The notes under the pieces were generated by a model that searched no databases, was not told the DNA's origin, and was given only the letters and a program-made list of their open reading frames with translations. A program made the position numbers and the translations under genes. This document shows positions 1 through 8,638 of a stretch of 64,000 bases of DNA, piece after piece. Numbering within the stretch: position 1 is the stretch's first letter; each line of letters opens with the position of its first letter. The stretch is from the IMG/VR virus record IMGVR_UViG_3300011337_000358. The stretch is one strand, 5' to 3'. Origin of the DNA: a virus (lineage: Duplodnaviria; Heunggongvirae; Uroviricota; Caudoviricetes).

Positions 1-1
1 G

Positions 2-955
2 GCCGCGGCAATTTCTGCATTAGGCGGTTCAATGGGATCAGCTACAGGCGCGGCTGCAGGAGCAGTTGGCGGTGCCAGTATAATGCAAATTATTAAAAAC
101 TTATTTGCCGCAGACGAGAATAGTATACAAGCAGGAATTAAAAAGTGGGTAGAAAGACAAGTAGGTGACGAAGCCGATGTACAAGAATTTTTACTAACTC
201 ATGCCAAAGCCGCATATGACGGTAAACCTGGTTTCCGTTGGAGGGCTAAAGAGTGGCCTGTTAAATTAAGTAAAGATCAAGCAGAAGCATATTTAGAAAA
301 GAAAGATAAATCTTGGCTTGATTATGAAAAGCAAAAAATAATCGATGCTGAAAAAGCGAAGGCTGAAAAAGATAAAGAAGGTATGATGGAAGAACAACTT
401 GATGAACTAAATTGCTGGTCAGGTTACCATAGAGTTGCCGGCACTAAAGCAGGCTTTCCAGGTAGTTGTGCTAAAAATAAAACAAATGAATCAGAACATA
501 AATGCCCACATTGCGGTGGCGAGATGGTTAGTGAAGAACTAATGAATGAAAAGAAAGATGCTTGCTACTATAAAGTAAAGAGCCGTTATAAAGTATGGCC
601 AAGTGCTTATGCTAGTGGTGCGTTAGTTAAGTGCCGTAAGAGTGGTGCTGATAGCTGGGGCAACGGTGGAAAGAAGAATGAAGGTTCTATACTAGAAGGT
701 ATTAACCGAGCAGACGAAAGTTTGCATGATTGGTTTAATAAAGAAAAGTGGGTTCGCATGGATACTAAAGGAAAGATTAAAGGTCCGTGTGCTAGAGAAC
801 CAGGAGAAGGTAAACCTAAATGTTTACCTCAAGCAAAGGCACATAGTTTAGGCAAAAAAGGTCGTGCAAGCGCGGCTGCTAGAAAACGCAGAGAAGATCC
901 CAATCCAGAACGTAGTGGTAAAGCCATCAATGTTAATACTAAAAAGAAAGACTAA
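2..955 (+). CDS. Hypothetical Gly/Ala-rich, Lys-rich protein with a CxxC…CxxC zinc ribbon; 5'-truncated. Shares Gly-rich and 'EEQLDE(L/I)N' segments with the 593-aa capsid-targeted protein at 30334-32115.
   Basis: Reading frame is open from the window edge ('AAISALGGS' precedes the first Met). It shares 'G(M/T)EEQLDE(L/I)N' and 'GxxGxxG'-type Ala/Gly stretches with ORF 30334-32115(-). 'CPHCGG' is present. Confidence 0.5.
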   Translation, partial: AAAISALGGSMGSATGAAAGAVGGASIMQIIKNLFAADENSIQAGIKKWVERQVGDEADVQEFLLTHAKAAYDGKPGFRWRAKEWPVKLSKDQAEAYLEKKDKSWLDYEKQKIIDAEKAKAEKDKEGMMEEQLDELNCWSGYHRVAGTKAGFPGSCAKNKTNESEHKCPHCGGEMVSEELMNEKKDACYYKVKSRYKVWPSAYASGALVKCRKSGADSWGNGGKKNEGSILEGINRADESLHDWFNKEKWVRMDTKGKIKGPCAREPGEGKPKCLPQAKAHSLGKKGRASAAARKRREDPNPERSGKAINVNTKKKD

Positions 956-964
956 AGGACAATA

Positions 965-1405
965 ATGTTATCAGATAATCTAAAAGTACTTTTAGCTAGT
1001 ACACAAAGTTTTGCTATTAAAACACAAAACTTTCATTGGAATGTTGAGGGGAGTAATTTTCCACAGTATCATGCATTTTTTGATACGTTATACGGTGATG
1101 TAAGTGCTACTATCGATCCTATCGCTGAATATATCAGAATATTAGGTGCTTACACACCCGGCAGTTTACAACGTTATGCTGAACTAAGTATCATTCAAGA
1201 CCAAATCAAAATCCCACGTGCTCAACTAATGTTTGCTGAATCACTACAAGATTGTGAAAAAATGAGTGAATTAGTCGTTGCTATGTTTGACGAAGCAACA
1301 AACGAACGTCAGCAAGGCATTGCTAATTACATGGCTGAACTACAAGACCTATACGGTAAGAAAGCATGGTTCATTCGTTCTACATTGAAAACAGAACGTG
1401 AGTAA
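965..1405 (+). CDS. dps: Dps-like ferritin (DNA-binding protein from starved cells) homolog
   Basis: 'QNFHWNVEGSNF' matches the Dps signature 'HNFHWNVKGPNF'. Size (~146 aa) and the downstream 'ELSIIQD' helix pattern fit the ferritin-like fold. Confidence 0.75.
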   Translation: MLSDNLKVLLASTQSFAIKTQNFHWNVEGSNFPQYHAFFDTLYGDVSATIDPIAEYIRILGAYTPGSLQRYAELSIIQDQIKIPRAQLMFAESLQDCEKMSELVVAMFDEATNERQQGIANYMAELQDLYGKKAWFIRSTLKTERE

Positions 1406-2675
1406 ATTAGAATTTACCCAGAAAGAATGGGAAAAGATAGAAAATAACGGGACTTATTGTCCCGGTTTATTTAACAGCAAATACATAGAAACTGACGGTG
1501 GACTGAGAGCATGTTGTGTTCAAGATTTAAAAGGTGAACATTATACAAATACAGAATCCTATAACACCACTTCGTTAAAACAAGCCAGACAAAATTCATT
1601 ATCAGGGATTAAAGATTCCAGTTGCGCTAGATGTTGGGAAAATGAATCATTAAACACCAGATCATATAGACAAGGTCTAGTAGAGTCTGCTATTCACTGG
1701 AAAAGTAAAATCAAAGATAATATAAATGTTGACTATTCCATCACAGAACCCACCATAGACTACTTAGACATTAGATTTGATAATATCTGTAATTTAAGAT
1801 GTAGATATTGCAGTACTATTTTTAGTTCTAGTTGGAGACACGAAACTGAGTTACTAGAAAAAGAATTACCAATATTTAAATATATAAAAAGAAGATCAGT
1901 AGATACAAAAATATTGAATAGTGTAACCGATATTGACACGATATTAGCTGACCTTAGAACAGTTAAAAAAATATTTTTTGCGGGTGGCGAGCCATTAGTA
2001 AACGATAAACATTATGAAGTGTTAGAATATCTAATAGATAATAATAGAACCAACATTGAAATAACGTATAATACTAATTTTACAAACATTAAAAAAGTTA
2101 TTCCTTATTGGAAAAAGTTTTCAAACATACACGTGGGTGCAAGTTTAGATGCAAATTATAAAAGAGGAGAATACATTCGTAAAAATCTCGTATGGGACCA
2201 GATTGTAGAAAATAGAAAATTAATGATTGCCGAAGTTCCTCATGTTCAATTTGAAATAAATGCGTCAATGAGTATATTGAATGCGTATAATGTAGTAGAT
2301 TTTCATAAAGAATGGATTAATGATAAATTAATTGGACCTTTTGATTTAACTGCATGGAATTTTGTATCTAAACCTGAACATTATGATATTAGGAATTTAC
2401 CTGACCATCATAAGATTAAATTAAAAGAAATATATCAAACTCATATTGATTGGTTAAACTCCCTCACATCAGGCAATGATATTAAGTTTAAAAGTAAAAA
2501 TGATTCTAGTTTTGCTATTCAATCATATCAAGGTATAATTAATAGGTTAAATTTAAGTAGAAATTCATCTTTTGACAAATTTTGGGAATTTGACAAATGG
2601 TTAGATAATAATAGAGATGAAAACTTTTTTGATGTGTTTCCTGAGTATGAGGACTTTGCTAGATATTTTAGCTAA
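1398..2675 (+). CDS. Radical SAM enzyme with an additional N-terminal Cys cluster; substrate unknown
   Basis: 'DIRFDNICNLRCRYCS' is a canonical CxxxCxxC radical-SAM motif. An N-terminal 'YCPG…ACCVQ…SCARCW' extra Cys cluster is present. GTG start overlaps the dps stop. Confidence 0.7.
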   Translation: MSKLEFTQKEWEKIENNGTYCPGLFNSKYIETDGGLRACCVQDLKGEHYTNTESYNTTSLKQARQNSLSGIKDSSCARCWENESLNTRSYRQGLVESAIHWKSKIKDNINVDYSITEPTIDYLDIRFDNICNLRCRYCSTIFSSSWRHETELLEKELPIFKYIKRRSVDTKILNSVTDIDTILADLRTVKKIFFAGGEPLVNDKHYEVLEYLIDNNRTNIEITYNTNFTNIKKVIPYWKKFSNIHVGASLDANYKRGEYIRKNLVWDQIVENRKLMIAEVPHVQFEINASMSILNAYNVVDFHKEWINDKLIGPFDLTAWNFVSKPEHYDIRNLPDHHKIKLKEIYQTHIDWLNSLTSGNDIKFKSKNDSSFAIQSYQGIINRLNLSRNSSFDKFWEFDKWLDNNRDENFFDVFPEYEDFARYFS

Positions 2676-2704
2676 ATATTATTATAAGAACAATAGAGAG
2701 TAAC

Positions 2705-3142
2705 ATGAAAAAAATTATAACAACAATACTATTGGCATTAGCCACTGTAACATATGCACAGAAAACACCTCAAGGTGTTACATACGATGCAAACATCATT
2801 AAAGTAAGTGACGGTGACACTATTGTTATTGCCGCACCTTTTTTACCAGCTCCATTAAAGCCACAGTTAGCAGTTAGAATATTTGGTGTTGACACCCCTG
2901 AAAAAGGATTCAGAGCTAAATGTGAATCAGAAAATCAACGTGGTTTAGCCGCTAGCGAGTTTACTAAGAAACTCGTAGGTGCTAGTCAGAAGCGTCAAGT
3001 GATATTATATGATTGGGATAAGTTTGGCGGCCGTGTCTTGGGTGACATTATATTAGACGGCAAAAGCCTACGACAACAATTGATTGCTAATGGCTTTGCC
3101 CGTGAGTATTTTGGTGAAGCCAAGCAATCTTGGTGTAATTAA
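2705..3142 (+). CDS. Secreted staphylococcal-nuclease (SNase/thermonuclease)-like nuclease with signal peptide
   Basis: N-terminal signal peptide 'MKKIITTILLALATVTYA'. SNase motifs 'VSDGDTIVI' and 'RIFGVDTPE' are present. A C-terminal Cys pair is present. Confidence 0.7.
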   Translation: MKKIITTILLALATVTYAQKTPQGVTYDANIIKVSDGDTIVIAAPFLPAPLKPQLAVRIFGVDTPEKGFRAKCESENQRGLAASEFTKKLVGASQKRQVILYDWDKFGGRVLGDIILDGKSLRQQLIANGFAREYFGEAKQSWCN

Positions 3143-3867
3143 TTCTTAGTATAAACAAAGTATAATCTATCGTTATTGTCTTTCTTAAAGGTATCTAACT
3201 TTAGATTGTATTTCTCAGCAAACTCATTTACAACTTCAAAGCTCCAAGGGAAGATTTCTACATAAGGTCCATTTTTGTGAGGAATTCCTGGATTGGCTCG
3301 TAGATAAAATTTTCCACCTACCTTTAGCAAACTAACACAGTGTTCAAATCGTGTTTCAATCTCATCTTTGCTATTGAAGTTAATTGAACCAAGAGCCAGA
3401 ATTACATCGTGTGATTCTGGTTTTACTTTGTACTCTAATATATCAACTTCATAATCAGCTTGATTATTGTATGGATCAATGCCAATCAGATTCTGAATGC
3501 GACCCTTGAATGGGTGATATCCGCAACCAACATCAAGTACTTTTTCTGGGTTTAGTTTGTTAACTTCATCAGCTAGTTCCCAACCAGTGTGTTCATAGTC
3601 ACCTGTGCGTGGTTTCCAAATCTCACTAAAAAAACGTAAGATATAACGTTCACTTAAGTCATGTACAATTTCTTTTAATGTACCCACATAGTCGCAGGGT
3701 AGACTTAATTCAGCTTCCACCGCGTTTTTAAACTTGCTATATCGTGCAGGAGTCCAGGGTAAGTCTTGGACAATAGTGTTTTCATCAATAGAAATTTTGG
3801 AATACTTAGGTAAATTAAACGCAAGTTCTAAATTTTCCTTGACTAACTTAAAAATTTTTGTGTTCAT
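3139..3867 (-). CDS. Class I SAM-dependent methyltransferase (no DNA-MTase DPPY/NPPY motif, so probably a small-molecule or RNA methyltransferase)
   Basis: Motif I 'VLDVGCGYHPF' followed by 'LIGIDP'. Convergent with the nuclease gene. Confidence 0.65.
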   Translation of the reverse strand: MNTKIFKLVKENLELAFNLPKYSKISIDENTIVQDLPWTPARYSKFKNAVEAELSLPCDYVGTLKEIVHDLSERYILRFFSEIWKPRTGDYEHTGWELADEVNKLNPEKVLDVGCGYHPFKGRIQNLIGIDPYNNQADYEVDILEYKVKPESHDVILALGSINFNSKDEIETRFEHCVSLLKVGGKFYLRANPGIPHKNGPYVEIFPWSFEVVNEFAEKYNLKLDTFKKDNNDRLYFVYTKN

Positions 3868-3947
3868 AGTAATTTTTTCTATATTTTGTAAATTTTTATG
3901 CCAAATGGAATAAATATATGTTCATCATATTTATTATCGGAGGACAG

Positions 3948-4907
3948 ATGAGAAAACTTTTAGTATTATTAGCATTTATACCGTTAGTTGCTTTTGCTTG
4001 GCAACCAACAAAACCTGTAACAGTTATATTCCCAAATGGCCCGGGAGCAGGAAATGAAATATCATTTCGTATTGTAGCAGAGATTGTAGAAAAACAAACT
4101 GGTGCAAAATTTGTACCTGAATATAGGCCGGGAGCTGATGGCAATATAGCTATCAATCACTTTGTAACAGTTCCTACTGATGGGCACACTATCAGTGTTC
4201 CAGCATGTCAGTCAAATTGGGTCACCCCTGAAGTGTGGTATCCAAAGGTAATCAAGTATAACCCAATGGATTTAGAACCCATTGCTAATATTGCACGTAG
4301 TCCATTAGCATTCTGGGCGCATCCTAGCAGTAAGATTAATACTCCCGAAGAACTAGTAGCCGCTATTCGCAAAAAAGAGCGCCCTATTACAATAGCAATA
4401 GGTGGCGGCGGTCATAAGTTAGCAGTTGAATATCTTGCTGCCAAACTAAATGTACCGGGCGGTGATCGAATAGAAACAGCTATGTATAAAGGTCCAGCAC
4501 AAGCGTTATTAGATGTAATGGGAGGTCACGTTGAATTTGGAGTGACCCCGGTTGCTGTTGGATACCCTCACGTACAAACAGGAAAACTAAAGTTAATTGG
4601 TATTGCTGATACTAGACCATTGCCTGGATTAGAAACAGCACCATTGATGAATAAGGCAGCACCTGGATTAAGCATACATGGTTGCTGGAATATAGTTCTA
4701 CCTCCCAATACCCCGCAGGATATACAAAAATGGTATGCTGAACACTTTGTTCCTGCAATACGTAGCGCGGAAGCAGGCGCTAAATTCAAAGAAAACATGA
4801 TGTACATTACACCCGAAGAACATAGCCCAGCAGGTGTTCGTGCTAGTATGTCGAGACTACAGCAAGTTTGGCAACCGATTGCTAGAAGAATAGATCCTAA
4901 TAAATGA
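3948..4907 (+). CDS. Periplasmic TctC/Bug-family (tripartite tricarboxylate transporter substrate-binding) protein homolog
   Basis: Signal peptide 'MRKLLVLLAFIPLVAFA'. 'YRPGADGNIA' and 'PTDGHTISV' match Bug/TctC 'RPGAGG…PDGYTL'. RBS GGAGGA precedes the ATG at 3948. Confidence 0.65.
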   Translation: MRKLLVLLAFIPLVAFAWQPTKPVTVIFPNGPGAGNEISFRIVAEIVEKQTGAKFVPEYRPGADGNIAINHFVTVPTDGHTISVPACQSNWVTPEVWYPKVIKYNPMDLEPIANIARSPLAFWAHPSSKINTPEELVAAIRKKERPITIAIGGGGHKLAVEYLAAKLNVPGGDRIETAMYKGPAQALLDVMGGHVEFGVTPVAVGYPHVQTGKLKLIGIADTRPLPGLETAPLMNKAAPGLSIHGCWNIVLPPNTPQDIQKWYAEHFVPAIRSAEAGAKFKENMMYITPEEHSPAGVRASMSRLQQVWQPIARRIDPNK

Positions 4908-5479
4908 AAATAGGTTTATCAATGGAGATGACCCGCAAGTTGCGTGATACGTGGCATGCGGCTATCAATTACGAATGGTATGACTTTTTATCAGAGCATG
5001 ATACTGTTCCTTTATCCTGTCATGGAAAAGTTCCGCAGACAGATGAGTTTGACTTAATCATATTGGCAGGTGGTAATGACATGCACGGCATTAAAACATG
5101 GCGTGACAATCATTATCCAATACGTGACCACTATGAGCATAGTTTGATTCAACAATGTTTGTTAACTAACACCCCTGTTGCTGGCATATGCAGAGGAGCT
5201 CATTTTATCAATCATGTTATGGGTGGCACACATAAGTTAATGGATCACCCATACGACAATGTTAAAGTTCAATTGCCTCAGTTTGAAGTAACTTGCCATC
5301 ACACAATTCAACTTGATACATTAGCTCCTGGCTTTGAAGTGTTACAACAAGATAAAAATGGTATTGTTGAATTAGCAGTAAATAAATCACAACGTATGTT
5401 AGGTATTGGTTGGCATCCAGAACGTGAAGTTAACAAACATACTAGACAATACATTTTAGATTTGATTAAGGACTTATGA
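4904..5479 (+). CDS. Class I glutamine amidotransferase-like / peptidase C26 (PuuD-type) protein
   Basis: Nucleophile elbow 'GICRGAHF' (GATase1 'G-x-C-x-G'). 'GIGWHPE' matches the His-containing 'QFHPE' block. Confidence 0.6.
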   Translation: MKIGLSMEMTRKLRDTWHAAINYEWYDFLSEHDTVPLSCHGKVPQTDEFDLIILAGGNDMHGIKTWRDNHYPIRDHYEHSLIQQCLLTNTPVAGICRGAHFINHVMGGTHKLMDHPYDNVKVQLPQFEVTCHHTIQLDTLAPGFEVLQQDKNGIVELAVNKSQRMLGIGWHPEREVNKHTRQYILDLIKDL

Positions 5480-6096
5480 AATACATATTTGTAGCAGGTG
5501 CACCGGGCAGTAAGTGGAGTAGTGTGGTAAAGAACATTTACTATAGCCCTAGTGTTGACCAATCAGACTATAGTGATGATAGAACATATTATCACGATGC
5601 CAGTGGTAAGTTGGAGTTGATGCATCTAGGTGCATACTATGATCCTGGTATGGAGTTTGGTAAATTGTTTCACAGACTACCTATGTATGACAAAGAAACA
5701 TTAGAACGTGACTTTGATGAAGCATTTACTGGTGAAGGTGTTCGTATTATTAAGTCACACGTGTTTAGTAATCACATTGACTATATCAAAGAAACATGGC
5801 CTGAATGTCCATTAGTTCTGGTGCATCGTCCCGATGACGCATGTTTAGGATGGTGGGTGAAGTGCGGGCATTTCAACATCACATACCCTGACTATAGTGA
5901 ATATTATCAGAACTTGAAAGTAATGGCTGAAAAGATTAAAGAACAGAATCAGGGTATTATCAAAGCAACATATAAGTATCCAGGTCGAGCACCATTAACT
6001 AATCACATGCTGTGTAAGATGCTAAATATAGAACTACCACCGAGTGAGTATGAACAAAATTACGGTGTATCAAACATAAGGGTAACAGTAATATGA
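5476..6096 (+). CDS. Hypothetical protein with a degenerate P-loop-like N-terminus ('VAGAPGSKWSS')
   Basis: ORF with ATGA overlap to its neighbours. No confident motif. Confidence 0.5.
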   Translation: MKYIFVAGAPGSKWSSVVKNIYYSPSVDQSDYSDDRTYYHDASGKLELMHLGAYYDPGMEFGKLFHRLPMYDKETLERDFDEAFTGEGVRIIKSHVFSNHIDYIKETWPECPLVLVHRPDDACLGWWVKCGHFNITYPDYSEYYQNLKVMAEKIKEQNQGIIKATYKYPGRAPLTNHMLCKMLNIELPPSEYEQNYGVSNIRVTVI

Positions 6097-6779
6097 TAAG
6101 CAGTTGGGAACAAAGTAAGAAAAAAAGTAATTATCATTTTGATAATTTCAAAAATGATTTACAAGTTGACAAAGTAACTAAGTTGGGTAAGATAGTTGCA
6201 GACTACAGTGAGGATGTTAAACATGCAATAGAATCTTCAAAGCCAGCAACATGGCGTACACGTGGTGCAGTGGGTAAAACAAGACCTGAAGAAGAATTAG
6301 CCGCAGAAGACTATGATTTGGAACAATTTGGTTATGGTAAAGATTATCAAATCACTCACTTAAATTGGGAAATAACTCCTAACTTGAAAAAGATTAGTGA
6401 TTTGTTCGGTCTATCAGATTGCATGGAACGTATACATGTTCAAAAGCCCGGTGAAGTTTGGAATCTGCATTTAGATAAATTAGAGAAGTGGGCACCCGAT
6501 TCACCTTGGACAGTCATGCGTGTGCAAGTAGCATTGACTGATTGGGAGCAAGGTCATTTCTGGAGTTATGGTAATTACAATCATCAGCAATGGCATGCAG
6601 GCGATGTGACAACATTTGACTGGCATAATTTACCACATTGTACTGCAAATGCAGGACATAACCCTAGAGTCACGTTTCAATTAACTGGTGTTATTACTGA
6701 AAAAACTACAGAGTTTTTAAGTAGATTAAAGAGATTTGATAATTATACCTTGAATTTGTCAGAGAATTCTTGGTTCTGA
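6093..6779 (+). CDS. Hypothetical His/Trp-rich protein (possible cupin-like metal site)
   Basis: ORF that follows the overlap-coupling pattern. No confident motif. Confidence 0.5.
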   Translation: MISSWEQSKKKSNYHFDNFKNDLQVDKVTKLGKIVADYSEDVKHAIESSKPATWRTRGAVGKTRPEEELAAEDYDLEQFGYGKDYQITHLNWEITPNLKKISDLFGLSDCMERIHVQKPGEVWNLHLDKLEKWAPDSPWTVMRVQVALTDWEQGHFWSYGNYNHQQWHAGDVTTFDWHNLPHCTANAGHNPRVTFQLTGVITEKTTEFLSRLKRFDNYTLNLSENSWF

Positions 6780-6871
6780 ACACACCTTAGGACCGGTACT
6801 TGTTACCGCGGTGTAGCCGGCTGCTGGCTTGACGTATGAATTCGCTACTCAGAAGTCTAAAGTGAGCTTTA
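6780..6871 (+). other. Anomalous GC-rich structured intergenic element
   Basis: ~55% GC in a ~38% GC genome. Hairpin CGGTA-CTTGT-TACCG. Palindrome AGCCGGCT. Contains 'TTACCGCGG', 'CTGCTGGC' and 'TACTTGTTAC', which resemble conserved 16S rRNA primer-site sequences. Confidence 0.3.
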
Positions 6872-7141
6872 ATGATAAATAGTATACAAAGGACATTTAT
6901 TATGAAAGAACATATCTACACATCATCCAAAGGAGAGAGTTTTTTATCATGGGATGATTGGGCACTCCAAACACTAAACGAAAGTGATTTGAGTGTTTAT
7001 CTTAGCCCCCAAGTAGAAGGTTCAACATTATCTGCTGATAAATTGGCTTTATATGCACGTTGGGTAGACGAAGAACAAATATTAACACACGTTGTTAAAG
7101 AAGATGATGTTATAATACAACAATCAAATGCACTCAAGTAA
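6872..7141 (+). CDS. Hypothetical small protein
   Basis: ORF; an alternative start 'MKEHIY' at 6902 is possible. Confidence 0.4.
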   Translation: MINSIQRTFIMKEHIYTSSKGESFLSWDDWALQTLNESDLSVYLSPQVEGSTLSADKLALYARWVDEEQILTHVVKEDDVIIQQSNALK

Positions 7142-7700
7142 TTTTATTACAGAATCTGCCGTAGATGAGTTAGCAAAAAAACTACCCTCATTGACTAAAC
7201 ACGACTATGATACCATTGATACATTAATGAGAAGTATTGCCAGTAGACATAGCATGAGTGGTAATGCATTACATGATTTGTTTGTAAAAAAATATAAAAG
7301 AACACCCGATAACTGGATTAAACATAAATTAGACGAAGGTGATGATTCAGATTTGCAACAAGAAGTTGATAAATTCTGCGATTGGGCATGTAAACGATTG
7401 CATATAAAATCTAAACCTGAAATTGAACTCAGTATGGATACTGAAGAAGCACAAAATAATCATCATACAGGTGGTCATCAAATGGGCGCTGATAGTATTT
7501 GGGTATATGTAAATAATCGTAACCTAGTTGATATACTACGCACAGTATTTCATGAATTGGTTCATGTGCGCCAAGGTGAATTAGATATGATTAAGCCGGG
7601 TGATAGTTACCCAGGTAGCCCAATTGAAGCAATGGCAGATATGCTTGCGGGCAAATACATCAAAATTTATGGTGAACAGAACCATCATATCTTTCAATAA
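7128..7700 (+). CDS. Hypothetical HExxH zinc-metallopeptidase-like protein
   Basis: 'VFHELVHVRQGE' HExxH motif. Confidence 0.45.
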   Translation: MHSSNFITESAVDELAKKLPSLTKHDYDTIDTLMRSIASRHSMSGNALHDLFVKKYKRTPDNWIKHKLDEGDDSDLQQEVDKFCDWACKRLHIKSKPEIELSMDTEEAQNNHHTGGHQMGADSIWVYVNNRNLVDILRTVFHELVHVRQGELDMIKPGDSYPGSPIEAMADMLAGKYIKIYGEQNHHIFQ

Positions 7701-7726
7701 TTGATTATTTGTGCTATAATGCACAG

Positions 7727-8323
7727 ATGATTAAGATTACAGTTCCATTACCCAAACAAATTACTGTTGCATGTAGCGGCGGTGTTGATAGTATGGCTGT
7801 AGTTGACTTTCTAAGTCGCAAACACGATGTAACTATTGCCCATTTTAATCATAGAACACAAAACGGTGAACGTGCCGCCCAATTTGTTTCTGGGTATTGT
7901 GGTGATAATAATATTCCTATGCTATACGGATCACCTCGCAGTGAACGCGGAACAAAAGAATCAATGGAAGAATATTGGCGCAGAGAACGATATGAATTCC
8001 TAAGCGAATTAGGACCGGTCATCACTTGTCATCATCTGGATGACTGTGTTGAGACATATGTTTGGTCTAGTTTACATGGTACAGCCAAAGTTATCCCACT
8101 CACTCGCAAAAATGTATTGCGCCCATTTTTAACTACACGTAAGAGTGAATTTGTTCGATGGTGTGAACAACATAAAGTTCCTTGGATTGAGGACGAATCA
8201 AACAAAGATACCAAATACACAAGAAATTACATTCGCAACGAAATGATGCCACATATATTGAAAGTCAATCCGGGCATTCATACTTTGGTCAAGAAGATTG
8301 TAGAAGGTAAGCAAAATACTTGA
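7727..8323 (+). CDS. tilS: PP-loop ATP pyrophosphatase; matches TilS (tRNA(Ile)-lysidine synthetase) catalytic domain better than QueC
   Basis: 'ACSGGVDSMAV' PP-loop. 'AHFNHR' matches the TilS 'HxNHxLR' block. 'CHHLDDCVETYVW' matches TilS 'HHLDDQAET'. 'WIEDESNKDTKYTRNYIRN' matches TilS 'W.EDESN.D..Y.RN.IR'. The QueC C-terminal CxxC…C zinc cluster is absent. An extended -10 'TGCTATAAT' lies at 7712-7720. Confidence 0.7.
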   Translation: MIKITVPLPKQITVACSGGVDSMAVVDFLSRKHDVTIAHFNHRTQNGERAAQFVSGYCGDNNIPMLYGSPRSERGTKESMEEYWRRERYEFLSELGPVITCHHLDDCVETYVWSSLHGTAKVIPLTRKNVLRPFLTTRKSEFVRWCEQHKVPWIEDESNKDTKYTRNYIRNEMMPHILKVNPGIHTLVKKIVEGKQNT

Positions 8324-8348
8324 CTTCTCTACGCAAGCCAAGTACAAT
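8320..8348 (+). promoter_or_regulatory. Promoter TTGACT-17-TACAAT
   Basis: Hexamers with a 17-nt spacer. Confidence 0.5.
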
Positions 8349-8371
8349 AACTAATTATTTAAGGAGAAACT

Positions 8372-8638
8372 ATGTCAGATTATAACAGAACCTTTAACGG
8401 TGAGGCAAAAATTAAACTAACTCAACTAGTAAATGAGGGCATGACAGTCCTACATGAGATTGATACATTGAATGGTGGATTGAATGACACTATTAAAGCA
8501 GTCGCAGAAGAACTTGAAATCAAGGCTTCTACTTTGAAGAAAGCAATTAAAATTGCTCACAAAGCAAGTCTCGGTCAGACTAACAAAGACCACGATGAAC
8601 TCAACACTATCTTGGAAACTGTGGGCAAAACACTTTGA
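8372..8638 (+). CDS. Hypothetical small protein
   Basis: ORF preceded by TTGACT-17-TACAAT (8320-8348) and RBS AAGGAGA. Confidence 0.55.
   Translation: MSDYNRTFNGEAKIKLTQLVNEGMTVLHEIDTLNGGLNDTIKAVAEELEIKASTLKKAIKIAHKASLGQTNKDHDELNTILETVGKTL

Noticed and set aside
7709-8323. QueC (7-cyano-7-deazaguanine synthase) assignment for the PP-loop ATPase
   Set aside because: The blocks after the SGGxDS loop match TilS (HHLDDQ.ET; W.EDESN.D..Y.RN.IR), and the QueC C-terminal Cys4 zinc motif is absent. It is kept as TilS-like.
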